Shown here piece after piece: positions 9,753 to 19,125 of a stretch of DNA of 64,000 nt. Position 1 is the first letter of the stretch. Each line of letters starts with the position of its first letter. The notes below the pieces were generated by a model. That model searched no databases. It worked only from the letters and a program-made list of their open reading frames with translations, and was not told where the DNA came from. The stretch covers positions 1,088,001 through 1,152,000 of the forward strand of contig OZ240211.1 in NCBI GenBank assembly GCA_965197525.1, in the 5' to 3' direction. The position numbers and the translations under genes were made by a program. Origin of the DNA: Nitrosopumilus sp. Lineage in GTDB: Archaea > Thermoproteota > Nitrososphaeria > Nitrososphaerales > Nitrosopumilaceae.

Positions 9753-10106
9753 ATGCATGTATCATCACAACAAAAAGAGTCTATAATTGTTACAGACTCT
9801 GAATTTAGAGAAAAGGCATTAGAGTTAGGTCCGTTAGAGTCAGTGTTTCCGTGTAGCACATCAAAAATATTAGATTTTATGATCGCATTTTCGGACTGGG
9901 ATTACTCTATTACAGACATTGGTAAAAACGCGGGTTTATCATTTAAGACAGGATTTGACGAGGTAAAGCGATTAGAATCACAAGGAATTTTAATAAAAAC
10001 CCGGGTTGTGGGTAAAGCAAAACTGTACAAACTAGATACAAAATCAGAACACGTGCAAGGTATAATGAAACTGGCATGGGACATAGCAAAGAACAGGAGT
10101 ATCTAG
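9753..10106 (+). CDS. Winged helix-turn-helix protein
   Basis: KILDFM...DYSITDIGKNAGLSFKT...VKRLESQGILIKTRVVGKAKLYKL is a wHTH with wing. Confidence 0.7.
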   Translation: MHVSSQQKESIIVTDSEFREKALELGPLESVFPCSTSKILDFMIAFSDWDYSITDIGKNAGLSFKTGFDEVKRLESQGILIKTRVVGKAKLYKLDTKSEHVQGIMKLAWDIAKNRSI

Positions 10107-10196
10107 TCAGTCTAACAAGTTATGTTGTCTTGAAAGTTCTCGCATCATCAGAGTTAGATTAAAAGATAGATTTGTGGAAACGATGTTGCATTATAT

Positions 10197-10280
10197 CATC
10201 CAAGTCTTAATTTTCATGATCTAGCTGACTTTACAGACATTTTATGACTTTTGATTGTGTATGTATGATGGAATTTATGG
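10197..10280 (-). mobile_element. Degenerate 3' end of the IS5-like family also at 13619, 42951 and 47421; cut by the ISH3 insertion
   Basis: Minus strand encodes KFHHTYTIKSHKM versus KFHHIQEVKSNKM at 47421-47524; TCCAAGTCTTAA versus TCCAAATCTTAG. Confidence 0.45.
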
Positions 10281-10292
10281 CTAACTAACATA

Positions 10293-11652
10293 ATCAGAAG
10301 TTGAAAATGTACCCTCTACACACGTTTTTTACGCATAATTTTACAAGCTAACACACATAGTTTTTTGATATATGGGGCTAAAAGATCAAAACTTGATCAG
10401 TTAACATGGCAAATCAGAAAAATGAATTGAATTTCCAAGATAATATTGCAAAAAAAGAATTCAAGGTCTTGTGTGACGCACTAAATTGTGCAAAGATACC
10501 GCTGTCAACAAGGCATAACGCTATGTACAGTCTTGAGGACGTCGTCTTGGTTCTGCTATACATGTGCAATAATGGGGCTACTGTCAACAGGGCCGTAGCA
10601 GAGCTTGCCATCACATCAAGAGATGACAAGAACACCAGTATTCCAACATCCCAGTGGTTATTGAGTATGATAGGTGCAATAGATTATGACAAGATGAATG
10701 CCTTGTGTATGCGCATGTTAAAGAGTACATTCAAGAATGGATTTGGTCTTGAGGAGAAGAAGAAGACAGGTCACATGTCTACCATAGACAAGCACTTGAT
10801 CCCATTCACAGGCACAGACAGGCACAATGACAACTTTGTAATCGGTGGCAAGCCAAAGGGCGGAACGTCTCAGTTTGAGACGTACGCCACCATGCAGCTA
10901 GTCACCGAAGAGCGGTTGCCTACGATAGCAGTAGTACACCTCACAAGGGACATGACCAAGACCGAATTCGTGCGTAAATTGCTCTTGGAATCACAGAAAC
11001 TAGGATTTAAAAAAAAGTCGACAATTCTCATGGACCGTGAGTTTAGCAATGTAGAGGTGATGCGCTTTCTGGACAAACGCGGCAAGAGATTCCTGATGGC
11101 AACAAGCAAGACGCCTGGAATCAAAAAGGCCGTCTCGGAGTTTCGTTGCGGCAAAAGAGACGCAATATCAAGATACGAGATGAGATCCGGCGACGGAACA
11201 ACATTCAGGTTTTGGCTGGTAATAAAAAAACGCCTCGAGGAAAAGAGGGGCAAAAAAAGATGGGAGTATCTGACGTATGCCACAAATGTAGAACGCCGGC
11301 GCATAAAACGCACCATGAAAGACGTTCCTAAAGAATACAAAAAGCGCTGATGCATAGAGAACAACTTCAAATCAGTTGAGCAGATGCGTGCACGCACAGG
11401 TAGTCGAAATCATGCGATCAGAGTCTTTATGTTCTTTCTCTCTATGACTGTGTGCAACGTGGTATACGACAGTACGAAAAATAAACAGAGTGTTTAAGAT
11501 CAAGTTTGGGCAGCATGTCAAAACAAATACGACAGCTAGTGTATTCCTAGTGTTGCTCATTGTATTGGTCAAGAAGATCATAAAATCAACAGACAAAGAT
11601 TTAGAATATTATTTGCAGTGTGTGCGATAGGGGTACATTTTTAACTTCTGAT
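10293..11652 (+). mobile_element. ISH3-family insertion sequence (inactivated)
   Basis: 22-bp inverted repeats ATCAGAAGTTGAAAATGTACCC (10293-10314) and GGGTACATTTTTAACTTCTGAT (11631-11652), 1 mismatch; no clear target duplication. Confidence 0.85.
10406..11630 (+). pseudogene. ISH3-family transposase pseudogene
   Basis: IDKHLIPFTG and LMDREF (first two acidic residues); TGA at 11348-11350 replaces the W of KRW.IE before the catalytic E; a second frameshift near 11460. Confidence 0.85.
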
Positions 11653-11763
11653 GTGACTATAAACAACTCACATTCTCCACTTTTAATCTCCAATATTTAC
11701 AAAAATATTGTTTTTGATTTGTTTTTATTCATAAATATGAGAATTTAGCAAATTTTATTTTCT

Positions 11764-11870
11764 AATTCAGACATTTCGCACTTTGCGATTAATTTATCCG
11801 TAAACAGCGTCAAGTCACGCGAGAACCATGTTCTTTGTGGCAACTCGGATGTCTTTATCGAAGTTGGGAA
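11764..11870 (+). repeat. Dispersed ~105-bp repeat, inverted copy at 59873-59978; probably the right end of another ISH3-like IS
   Basis: First 33 bp identical (AATTCAGACATTTCGCACTTTGCGATTAATTTA), then a further 21-bp identity; ends in a CAG-type terminus. Confidence 0.8.
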
Positions 11871-11937
11871 ACAAAATGGATTTAGGAAAAAGTACAATTC
11901 CATCTACTGGCTTACGTAATGAAGAGATTAGGCAGTA

Positions 11938-12237
11938 TTATTGTTCAGGAGATGGATTTATGCCGTCCATAGATTGTATGATGTAAGCGATTTTTCCCTT
12001 TATGACATGTTCTTCATCTACAATCTTTTTCTCTATGATTTCTGTGGATTGAGTAATATTCTTGCATTGTCTCTTGATATTACCCATGCAGTTAATGCTT
12101 GATTCAATATCCATGACGTTCTGCTTGACGGTCTTGGGATCAATGCCAAGTCGCTTGTCACTTGCAGAAACCGCTCTAATCCTTGCCCACTTGTACGCCA
12201 TCTCAATTATCCATATGTTTGCACCAGCATCAAACAA
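11938..12237 (-). pseudogene. Probable C-terminal fragment of a hypothetical protein
   Basis: Protein-like ORF (IEMAYKWAR...coiled-coil) with no recognisable N-terminus, lying among IS debris. Confidence 0.35.
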
Positions 12238-12502
12238 ACGTGTAAAGCAAAGCGTGTTGATTTAATCAGTATCATGCTAACAGTCTTGGATATAAATAGT
12301 TAAACGGTATATCATTGTATGTTGGGAACGTAGCATATTACGGCGTAAATCCGGGTCAAAACTATCCAATTACATTTTTGACTTTTCCTATTGGGCTAGT
12401 AACTGTGCGATTAAATTGACATTCGTGTGAAATGCCAAGATAGTTCTAGTTTACAAGCCTGTGTGAAAAAAATAAAGGCGTACAGATGGTGTTTGGAATG
12501 CA

Positions 12503-12529
12503 GATGATGATGATGATGATGATGATGAT
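12503..12529 (+). repeat. (GAT)9 microsatellite
   Basis: Nine exact GAT units, just downstream of the 12563-13573 gene. Confidence 0.9.
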
Positions 12530-12562
12530 TTACACAAAGATGTGATGATCAAGGCGCCTCAC

Positions 12563-13573
12563 CTACAGGCAGGATCCAAGATGACGTGCAACGTCTGTAG
12601 GAATGACGGCCATCTTGTATGTCCTAGTCATAATCCTCTTCTTTCCCACCATCAACAGCCCGTGCCGCCTGAGTCTCCCCACAACAGAAGCGGGCATCTT
12701 GTCCCACCTCAGGCCGGTATCATCCTTCCCAACCCTCCTGCAGAGATCCGAGTACTTGGCAGCGCAGTCTTTTGCGAAGACCAGTCTCAGCCCAATCCTT
12801 TCATCCTCGGAGAGGCCGGAGACGACACGCCTCAGGGAGTCCTCAGAGGTGAGGATCGACTTGATTATCCTGATCTTCTTCTTTTTGACATGCTGCGTGT
12901 CTATCCCCAGCGAGTCGCATATTCCGTTCACCCAGTCTATCGGAAATTTTTTGAGCAGAGGGCCCATCGTTGGATTTGACGGGATCGTTAATGACTCTGC
13001 CTTCTTCTGGAGATCCCGCTCCAACATTTGGTGGAGGTTGTTGAACATCTCAGAGTTAAGCGATCTGTAACCCTCATGCTGATCACGGCCTTCTTTTATT
13101 ATCACGTGGAAGATCCCCGTGGTTCGGTACGTGCCGTTGTCGTGCCACGGGTGTATTCTACCAATAATTAACCTCCCCTTCGAGTAGATGCCAGGGTTGC
13201 TTCCCATCATCTCAACTGTAAACACCCTTCCGTCTGACGTGGATCTTATAAGCATCCTGTTGTTTGCATCTACCGCCTTTTCTACGAGGAACGTATCGTA
13301 CACGAGGTTCTTCATCTGAAGTATCTTTGATGCAAGCCTTGTATCGTCGACGAACTCGTCTACAAACTCGTCAAGCACCGTCTTGCCGAAGAGATTCTTC
13401 TTCTCACACATAAGCCACGTCACGATCTGCTTGTATACCAGCTCGTCACTGTCAAAATCTAGGTCGTACGGACACACGTCGTAATAGTCGTATACCGTAT
13501 CAGAGTATTTCCAGTTTGCATAGTCTGCAAACAGATCCAGAAAGTTTTCCTCTGTAACTTTTGGAGGTAACAC
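12563..13573 (-). CDS. Hypothetical protein (336 aa)
   Basis: Long ORF with GTG start; OB-like middle and helical C-terminal domain (GRLRRHGLLMVG...MAVIP); visibly more GC-rich than its flanks. Confidence 0.75.
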   Translation of the reverse strand: MLPPKVTEENFLDLFADYANWKYSDTVYDYYDVCPYDLDFDSDELVYKQIVTWLMCEKKNLFGKTVLDEFVDEFVDDTRLASKILQMKNLVYDTFLVEKAVDANNRMLIRSTSDGRVFTVEMMGSNPGIYSKGRLIIGRIHPWHDNGTYRTTGIFHVIIKEGRDQHEGYRSLNSEMFNNLHQMLERDLQKKAESLTIPSNPTMGPLLKKFPIDWVNGICDSLGIDTQHVKKKKIRIIKSILTSEDSLRRVVSGLSEDERIGLRLVFAKDCAAKYSDLCRRVGKDDTGLRWDKMPASVVGRLRRHGLLMVGKKRIMTRTYKMAVIPTDVARHLGSCL

Positions 13574-13618
13574 ACAAGTGAATACAAGAATTACAATTTT
13601 AAGTTTATCTACGATCTA

Positions 13619-13663
13619 GGCTTTGTCCAAATCTTAATTTTTTAGGTCTATTTGACGTATATT
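13619..13663 (-). mobile_element. Terminal stub of an IS5-like element (GGCTTTGTCCAAATC), truncated by IS630
   Basis: Matches GGCGTTGTCCAAATCTTAG at 47421; resembles an IS903-type GGCTTTGT terminus. Confidence 0.5.
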
Positions 13664-13665
13664 TA

Positions 13666-14838
13666 GAGTGGCGGTATGCACTCAGGTTCCATCTAGTTCT
13701 AGGCGTGATTTTACAATGTGCTACGTTTTTTTGTGCCTACGCAGACACCGGACCTGAGTGCATACGAGTGGCGTCATCAAATCTTTGCAATTGATTTTCT
13801 GCACAGATACTGTTCAATATTTTGATTGAATGGAGCGGTTCTCACGTATTTCATTGCGGCTCGTGCACGGTCACTAACATGTTCATGGCAGTCACACATG
13901 AAAGGTTGAATCTTTAACTGGTGCCAACATTCTTCAATTGCATGACATTCAGAACATCCTGTAGGCAAATACATTATTCGCAGTCTAGAACTTTGCTTTA
14001 CAAATTTTTTAAACTTCTTTGTTTTATGCGGGGGTGCTGCATCCATTACAATGGCTACCTTGTCATAGTTCCAATAGTTTTTTGACAAATTTAAGAAATG
14101 TCGGACCGTTGAATTTTTTTTTCTGTAAAAAACATTGATGTGAGTCTGATATTGCACCATAAATTACACGTCTCCGATGTCTCCAAAATAAACTCGGAAT
14201 ATTTTTTGACCCACCGGCGACCATGAACCGCGCTTTGTGATAGTCATGCATCAGTATTTTTTCATCCTGTACATACAACTCAAAACCATCTCGTTTTACG
14301 CACGAAATCCACCGTTTTAGGGATTTGTCACTCTTCTATCTGTTCACTAGATGCCTTGTTTTTGTGTGTGGAATCAGGTACTTGGAGTAAAGTTATGACG
14401 ACACAATATGTCATGTATTCCAGATTCGGTGTATTTTACTCTTGTATCTTTTTTTATTTTGTGTACAAGATGCTTTGGAAAAATACCGTTTTTAACATTT
14501 GTAAAAAATTCTGTAATCTTATGATTTGCTATTTTTGTCGGGCGTCCGGATCTTGGTTTCTCATACAATCCTGCAACTCCAAATTCTTTAAATTGCATAA
14601 CCCAATTTTTAATTGTGTTGTAAGATTTGTAAAACATCTGTACGATTGTTGAAATCGTTTTACCTTCCTCTACGACATTTAGCACTGCAAGCATCCGTTC
14701 TTTTGCTTTTGAGTTTAATTCCTTCTTGTATACATACATTAATTCCGCATTCTGGTTTTCCACGATAGACGATAAATGTTTCAAGCTATAAATGTTTCTA
14801 GTGTTTTTGAAAATTGCAAAGACTTTTTGACGTCACTC
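13666..14838 (-). mobile_element. IS630-family element, transposase pseudogenised
   Basis: TA on both flanks (13664-65, 14839-40); after removing the MITE the termini match 23/27 (GAGTG(G/A)CGTCA..AA.TCTTTGCAATT); split ORFs carry an HTH (14374-14784), VQDE, VMDAAPPH and AIEECW. Confidence 0.85.
13674..13765. mobile_element. 92-bp MITE inserted in the IS630 terminal repeat
   Basis: Inverted termini GTATGCACTCAGGT(T)CC / GGACCTGAGTGCATAC; exact 8-bp duplication GAGTGGCG at 13666-73 and 13766-73. Confidence 0.8.
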
Positions 14839-14842
14839 TAGC

Positions 14843-14995
14843 AACATCTTGATCTTGTGCCCAAATCATCACAAAGAGTTTGATTATGGTGATCGTGTTA
14901 TCACAGAACATTCAGAAAAACAGATAATTTTTAGAATGAATGGGGAAAAACATACAATTAATCTAGAGCCAAAAAAACGACATCGTGGTAGTTAA
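14843..14995 (+). pseudogene. HNH endonuclease C-terminal remnant
   Basis: NILILCPNHHKEFDYG...* starts right at the IS630 boundary; the 5' part is absent. Confidence 0.55.
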
Positions 14996-15153
14996 AGTAG
15001 ATCCGATTCCTCTGTAGATACTGTAACATATTTGATGTTTGTATCATGATAAACAAATCAGATTGTTTTGGACATCAATAAAATCTGGCAAAGATCCTAT
15101 AGAATCGCCAACCCATAAAGATAAAATTAGAAAAACTCTGACTCGTATCATGC

Positions 15154-16293
15154 GTGTGGTGCCGTATCATGACAGTTGATTCTCTCAAATCCCTGGTAAC
15201 AGAGCTTGCAACAAACGTAAAAGAGCAAGGTACTGCCGGAACCAAGATGTTAGAAAATGACAGATACACCAGTCTGCCAATAACTCCTGAGAACTTTACA
15301 GAGATCAAAGAGGTTGCCACGCCCAAAAAGATAGCATATGTTGACGGAGGCAACGTAGAGTTGCTACGGGCAACAAACTATGTTGTAGAGTTTAACCGCC
15401 TGTACTATACCATATTTGAAGGCAAGAAAAAGATAGCACCACTACTAAAACCAGTCGTAGAGTTCTTTTCATGTGTCACATCAACGGTAAAGACAGACAA
15501 AGACAACAACAGACGCGACATACACTACCGCACCAGCATATTCCCCCACACAGGAAACAAAGACATGCTCCCACTCTCAGACGACCTCTCATTTCTATCA
15601 ACTGACAGAGAGATAGCAACAAGCAATCAAAGGGCGCTAATCCACTCAATCGGCTCCATTGCAAGACAGTTTGCAGAGAAGAGCCTTGCATGCGAGCTAG
15701 TAAAAAACGAGCTGTCCCAAGGTGACATACTGGTGTTAGACGGCTCTTTGCACAAGTCATTTAGACGAGAGCACAAGTACCTGCAGAGACTATTCGAGTT
15801 GGGGCAAGAAAAGGGTGTAACCATATGTGGGTTGACAAAAACCAGTACCTTGTTCACAGACAGCGGATCATCATTGCTCGGTGCCATATACGACATATCA
15901 GAGAATGTAAAACACGACAGATGGTATATCCCTGTTGCTGCACCAAAGTCAGATGATCCAAGAGGTACCATATTTGTAATAAAACTACACCCATACTCTG
16001 AACATATCTTTAGATTTGAGATTCTTGCAGACCAATACGACCAAATGAACCAACAAGAGATAGACTGCATATTTGCATCACTTGCAGTCAACTCTAACGA
16101 TTTGGCAATGATCGGCTATCCGTACGGCCTAATAGATGCTGACACACATGCGCGTGTAAGACAGTCTGACAAGGACTATTACCGCAATATCCTGTTATCT
16201 GAGATATCACAAATCCCCCAATGGAAGAAGAGCATCATGAATCATTCCAAAACACATATGGTACACAACGACTTGAATCTGGCAGTGGGATAA
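15154..16293 (+). CDS. nurA: DNA double-strand-break repair nuclease NurA (likely start ATG 15169)
   Basis: AYVDGG and LVLDGSL catalytic motifs, [10 protein letters not shown]; first gene of the herA-mre11-rad50 operon. Confidence 0.9.
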   Translation: MWCRIMTVDSLKSLVTELATNVKEQGTAGTKMLENDRYTSLPITPENFTEIKEVATPKKIAYVDGGNVELLRATNYVVEFNRLYYTIFEGKKKIAPLLKPVVEFFSCVTSTVKTDKDNNRRDIHYRTSIFPHTGNKDMLPLSDDLSFLSTDREIATSNQRALIHSIGSIARQFAEKSLACELVKNELSQGDILVLDGSLHKSFRREHKYLQRLFELGQEKGVTICGLTKTSTLFTDSGSSLLGAIYDISENVKHDRWYIPVAAPKSDDPRGTIFVIKLHPYSEHIFRFEILADQYDQMNQQEIDCIFASLAVNSNDLAMIGYPYGLIDADTHARVRQSDKDYYRNILLSEISQIPQWKKSIMNHSKTHMVHNDLNLAVG

Positions 16294-16294
16294 C

Positions 16295-17872
16295 ATGAGG
16301 GAACTAGATGTCGTAGGTCAGGTAGTCGGAGGCCAGGTAGGCCAAATAAGGATCAGAGAGAAACAGGACAGGCAGATAGAGCTAGGCGATCTGCTAGTGA
16401 CGCACGATGGTAATAATAATAACAACAGCACGATAATTTTGCAGGTATTTGACCTGACATACGGTAGCCAGATACCTGATAACACGCGTGAGCTGATGTC
16501 AGGATTGAATCTGGAGAATACAGGACACAATACGGACATCTTTGAGCCCAACCTGCGCAACTATGTCATAGCACATGTAAAGGCGCTAGTAAGAGTGGAC
16601 TCTGAATCGCACACAACTACAACCCCCAAGATACTGCCATCATTCTTTGGCAAGGTCTCACAGATAACAAAAGACGACCTGCAGTTCCTATCGAAGCAGG
16701 ATGACTCTTTTTTTGTAGGCAGGATTCGTAGCGGCTCCAAAATAGTCGATGTTCCAGTATGGCTGCCATCAAGAAAGATATTCTCTCACCACATACTGAT
16801 TCCTGCAACTACCGGTAGGGGTAAGAGCAACCTGGTCAAGACCATACTCTGGCACGTGCTTGACTCGAACAACGTGGTAGGCGCATTAGTTTTGGACCCG
16901 CATGACGAATACTGGGGGAGAACAGACAACGGGTTGCACAGCCACCCAAATGCAGACGAGAACCTTGTGTATTATACGCCTAACAGTCCGCCTGCAGGTG
17001 CCAACTTTTTGACTGTAAACCTAGGAACAATCAAACCTGATCACTTTAATGGCATAATCGAGTTTACAGACCCGCAAGAACAAGCATTACGAACGTTTTA
17101 CAGGGTATTCAGACGTGACTGGATAGATGCCATAATTGAGGAGCGTGAGCATCCTGACCTAAATGACTATGCAAAAAAGACGCGTTTTATCCTCAAGAGA
17201 AAGTTCAAACTGGCTTTGGGTGTTGATGTTGACGGTGATGGTAAAATTGTGTGCCATAACAGGGTATTTGATACAGGCACCAAGGGCACACAGACTATCT
17301 CTCAGATAGTGAAGAGTGTAGAGGATGGTAAAGTGGTGATCATAGATACCTCACAGCTCTCAGATGCTGCAGAGCTGTTGATAGGCAGCATAATTGCAAG
17401 CGAGATACTAGAGAGATACCAGCAATACAAGGCACGGGGGGAGCTTGACACCAAACCGATTGCAACCATAGTGATAGAAGAGGCACCGCGTGTGTTGGGT
17501 GAGGATGTGATGAAGAACTCTTCAGGGAATGACAACATCTTTAGCAAGATAGCAAAAGAAGGAAGAAAGTTCCAGGTGGGACTGACTGCAATTACACAAC
17601 TATCAAGCGTAATCCCAAAGACCGTTCTAGCTAACATAAATACAAAGATAATACTAGGCAATGAGATGAGACAAGAACGGGCAGCAGTGATTGCAAGCGC
17701 CTCCCAGGATTTGTCAGATGATGACAGAAACATTGCAAGTCTTGACAAGGGAGAGGCCATAATATCAAGTATATTCGTCCCGTTTGCATTGCCAATAAAA
17801 ATTCCGTTGTTTGATGAATTGGTATCTGATGGAACGAAGGATACAAAGGTGTACAAGACTAGGATGTATTAA
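16295..17872 (+). CDS. herA: HerA helicase/translocase
   Basis: HAS-barrel-like N-terminus, Walker A ATTGRGKS, Walker [16 protein letters not shown] motif. Confidence 0.95.
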   Translation: MRELDVVGQVVGGQVGQIRIREKQDRQIELGDLLVTHDGNNNNNSTIILQVFDLTYGSQIPDNTRELMSGLNLENTGHNTDIFEPNLRNYVIAHVKALVRVDSESHTTTTPKILPSFFGKVSQITKDDLQFLSKQDDSFFVGRIRSGSKIVDVPVWLPSRKIFSHHILIPATTGRGKSNLVKTILWHVLDSNNVVGALVLDPHDEYWGRTDNGLHSHPNADENLVYYTPNSPPAGANFLTVNLGTIKPDHFNGIIEFTDPQEQALRTFYRVFRRDWIDAIIEEREHPDLNDYAKKTRFILKRKFKLALGVDVDGDGKIVCHNRVFDTGTKGTQTISQIVKSVEDGKVVIIDTSQLSDAAELLIGSIIASEILERYQQYKARGELDTKPIATIVIEEAPRVLGEDVMKNSSGNDNIFSKIAKEGRKFQVGLTAITQLSSVIPKTVLANINTKIILGNEMRQERAAVIASASQDLSDDDRNIASLDKGEAIISSIFVPFALPIKIPLFDELVSDGTKDTKVYKTRMY

Positions 17873-17874
17873 CG

Positions 17875-19125
17875 ATGTACTCGTTTGCACACCTCGCTGA
17901 CTGTCATCTGGGTTTTCAAAAGCAAGATAGGTTACAAGGATTGGAGCAAGAAGTGTTTGAGGATGTGTTGGATGTATGTATGAGAAGAAAGGTTGACTTT
18001 ATCCTGATTAGCGGCGACCTGTTCCACACCAGTCTTCCCGACATGAGGGTTGTGCGTTTTGCATTCAAGAAATTCAAAGAGGTGTATGAGAGAGGGATTC
18101 CAGTATATGTGGTGTACGGAAGTCACGACTATAGTGTAAACCATCACTCTGTAATTGATTTGCTGACTGATGTGGGGTATCTACAAAGGGCAGACAGGCA
18201 AAAAGACTTTACAGATAAATTGGAACTGGATTTTATTGTGGACTCTTCCACCGGAGCAAAGATTACAGGATTACCAGGAAGGACCACCAGTCTTGATAGA
18301 AGATACTATCAGAGTCTGGACAGGGACTCCCTGGAGAGAGAAAAAGGTTTTAAGATATTCCAGTTCCATATCGGAATTGACGAGCTGAAAACTAGAGGGA
18401 TGCCAGAGATGGATTCCATGCCCATGTCGCTGCTGCCAAGGAACTTTGATTACTATGCAGGAGGACACGTGCACACAAAAGTTATTGAGGACGGGTATGA
18501 CAACTATGGAACCATATCATACCCCGGAACAATGTTTGCAGGGCATCCGTCTGACTTTGAGTCAAGCGCACGCGGTGTGGAGCGCGGCTTTAACATTGTA
18601 AGTTTTGAGGATAAGATAACTGGAGTAGAGTTTGTGCCTACAAAACGTGTAGGATTCCAGATGGTAAGCGTGGATGCCAATGACAAGACGTCTGCTCGAG
18701 TGCAAGAAGAGATAGCAGACAAGGTGGAGAAGATTGACACAGAGGAGAAGATTGTAATTCTAAAGGTTGCAGGAGAGATGGCATCAGGAAAGACATCAGA
18801 GGTAGAGTTAACAAAGATTAGCGAGGAGTTAAAAGAGAATGGTGCGATAAACGTCGATATAAAGAGGAGCCAGTTCAGTTCAAAAGAGTACAACATTACT
18901 CCAGTAAAGGGGGAGAACAGGGAAGAGGTAATCAAGAATATCCTAGTTGAGAATATCGGAGAGGTAAAGATGGAACGACAAGAGCTGTCAGGTGACCAAG
19001 GTGTGGCATTAGCTCTAAAGCTGTTGCACAAGCTAAAGGAACCTAAAGGTGATGAGACTGTCAATGACTATGAGGAACGGGTAATACAGGATGCAAGAGA
19101 GTTGCTGGGGATTGATAGGGATTGA
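17875..19125 (+). CDS. mre11: Mre11 nuclease
   Basis: HLADCHLG, SGDLFH, GSHD and GGHVH phosphoesterase motifs. Confidence 0.95.
   Translation: MYSFAHLADCHLGFQKQDRLQGLEQEVFEDVLDVCMRRKVDFILISGDLFHTSLPDMRVVRFAFKKFKEVYERGIPVYVVYGSHDYSVNHHSVIDLLTDVGYLQRADRQKDFTDKLELDFIVDSSTGAKITGLPGRTTSLDRRYYQSLDRDSLEREKGFKIFQFHIGIDELKTRGMPEMDSMPMSLLPRNFDYYAGGHVHTKVIEDGYDNYGTISYPGTMFAGHPSDFESSARGVERGFNIVSFEDKITGVEFVPTKRVGFQMVSVDANDKTSARVQEEIADKVEKIDTEEKIVILKVAGEMASGKTSEVELTKISEELKENGAINVDIKRSQFSSKEYNITPVKGENREEVIKNILVENIGEVKMERQELSGDQGVALALKLLHKLKEPKGDETVNDYEERVIQDARELLGIDRD

Noticed and set aside
11348-11350. TGA readthrough or selenocysteine in the ISH3 transposase
   Set aside because: It replaces a conserved Trp (TGG to TGA) and a second frameshift follows, so simple pseudogenisation explains it
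12503-12529. (GAT)9, and (ATC)8 at 57775, as phase-variation switches
   Set aside because: Both are intergenic triplet tracts with no evidence of regulatory effect
13777-14784. Programmed frameshift in the IS630 transposase
   Set aside because: At least three breaks plus a disrupted terminus indicate decay
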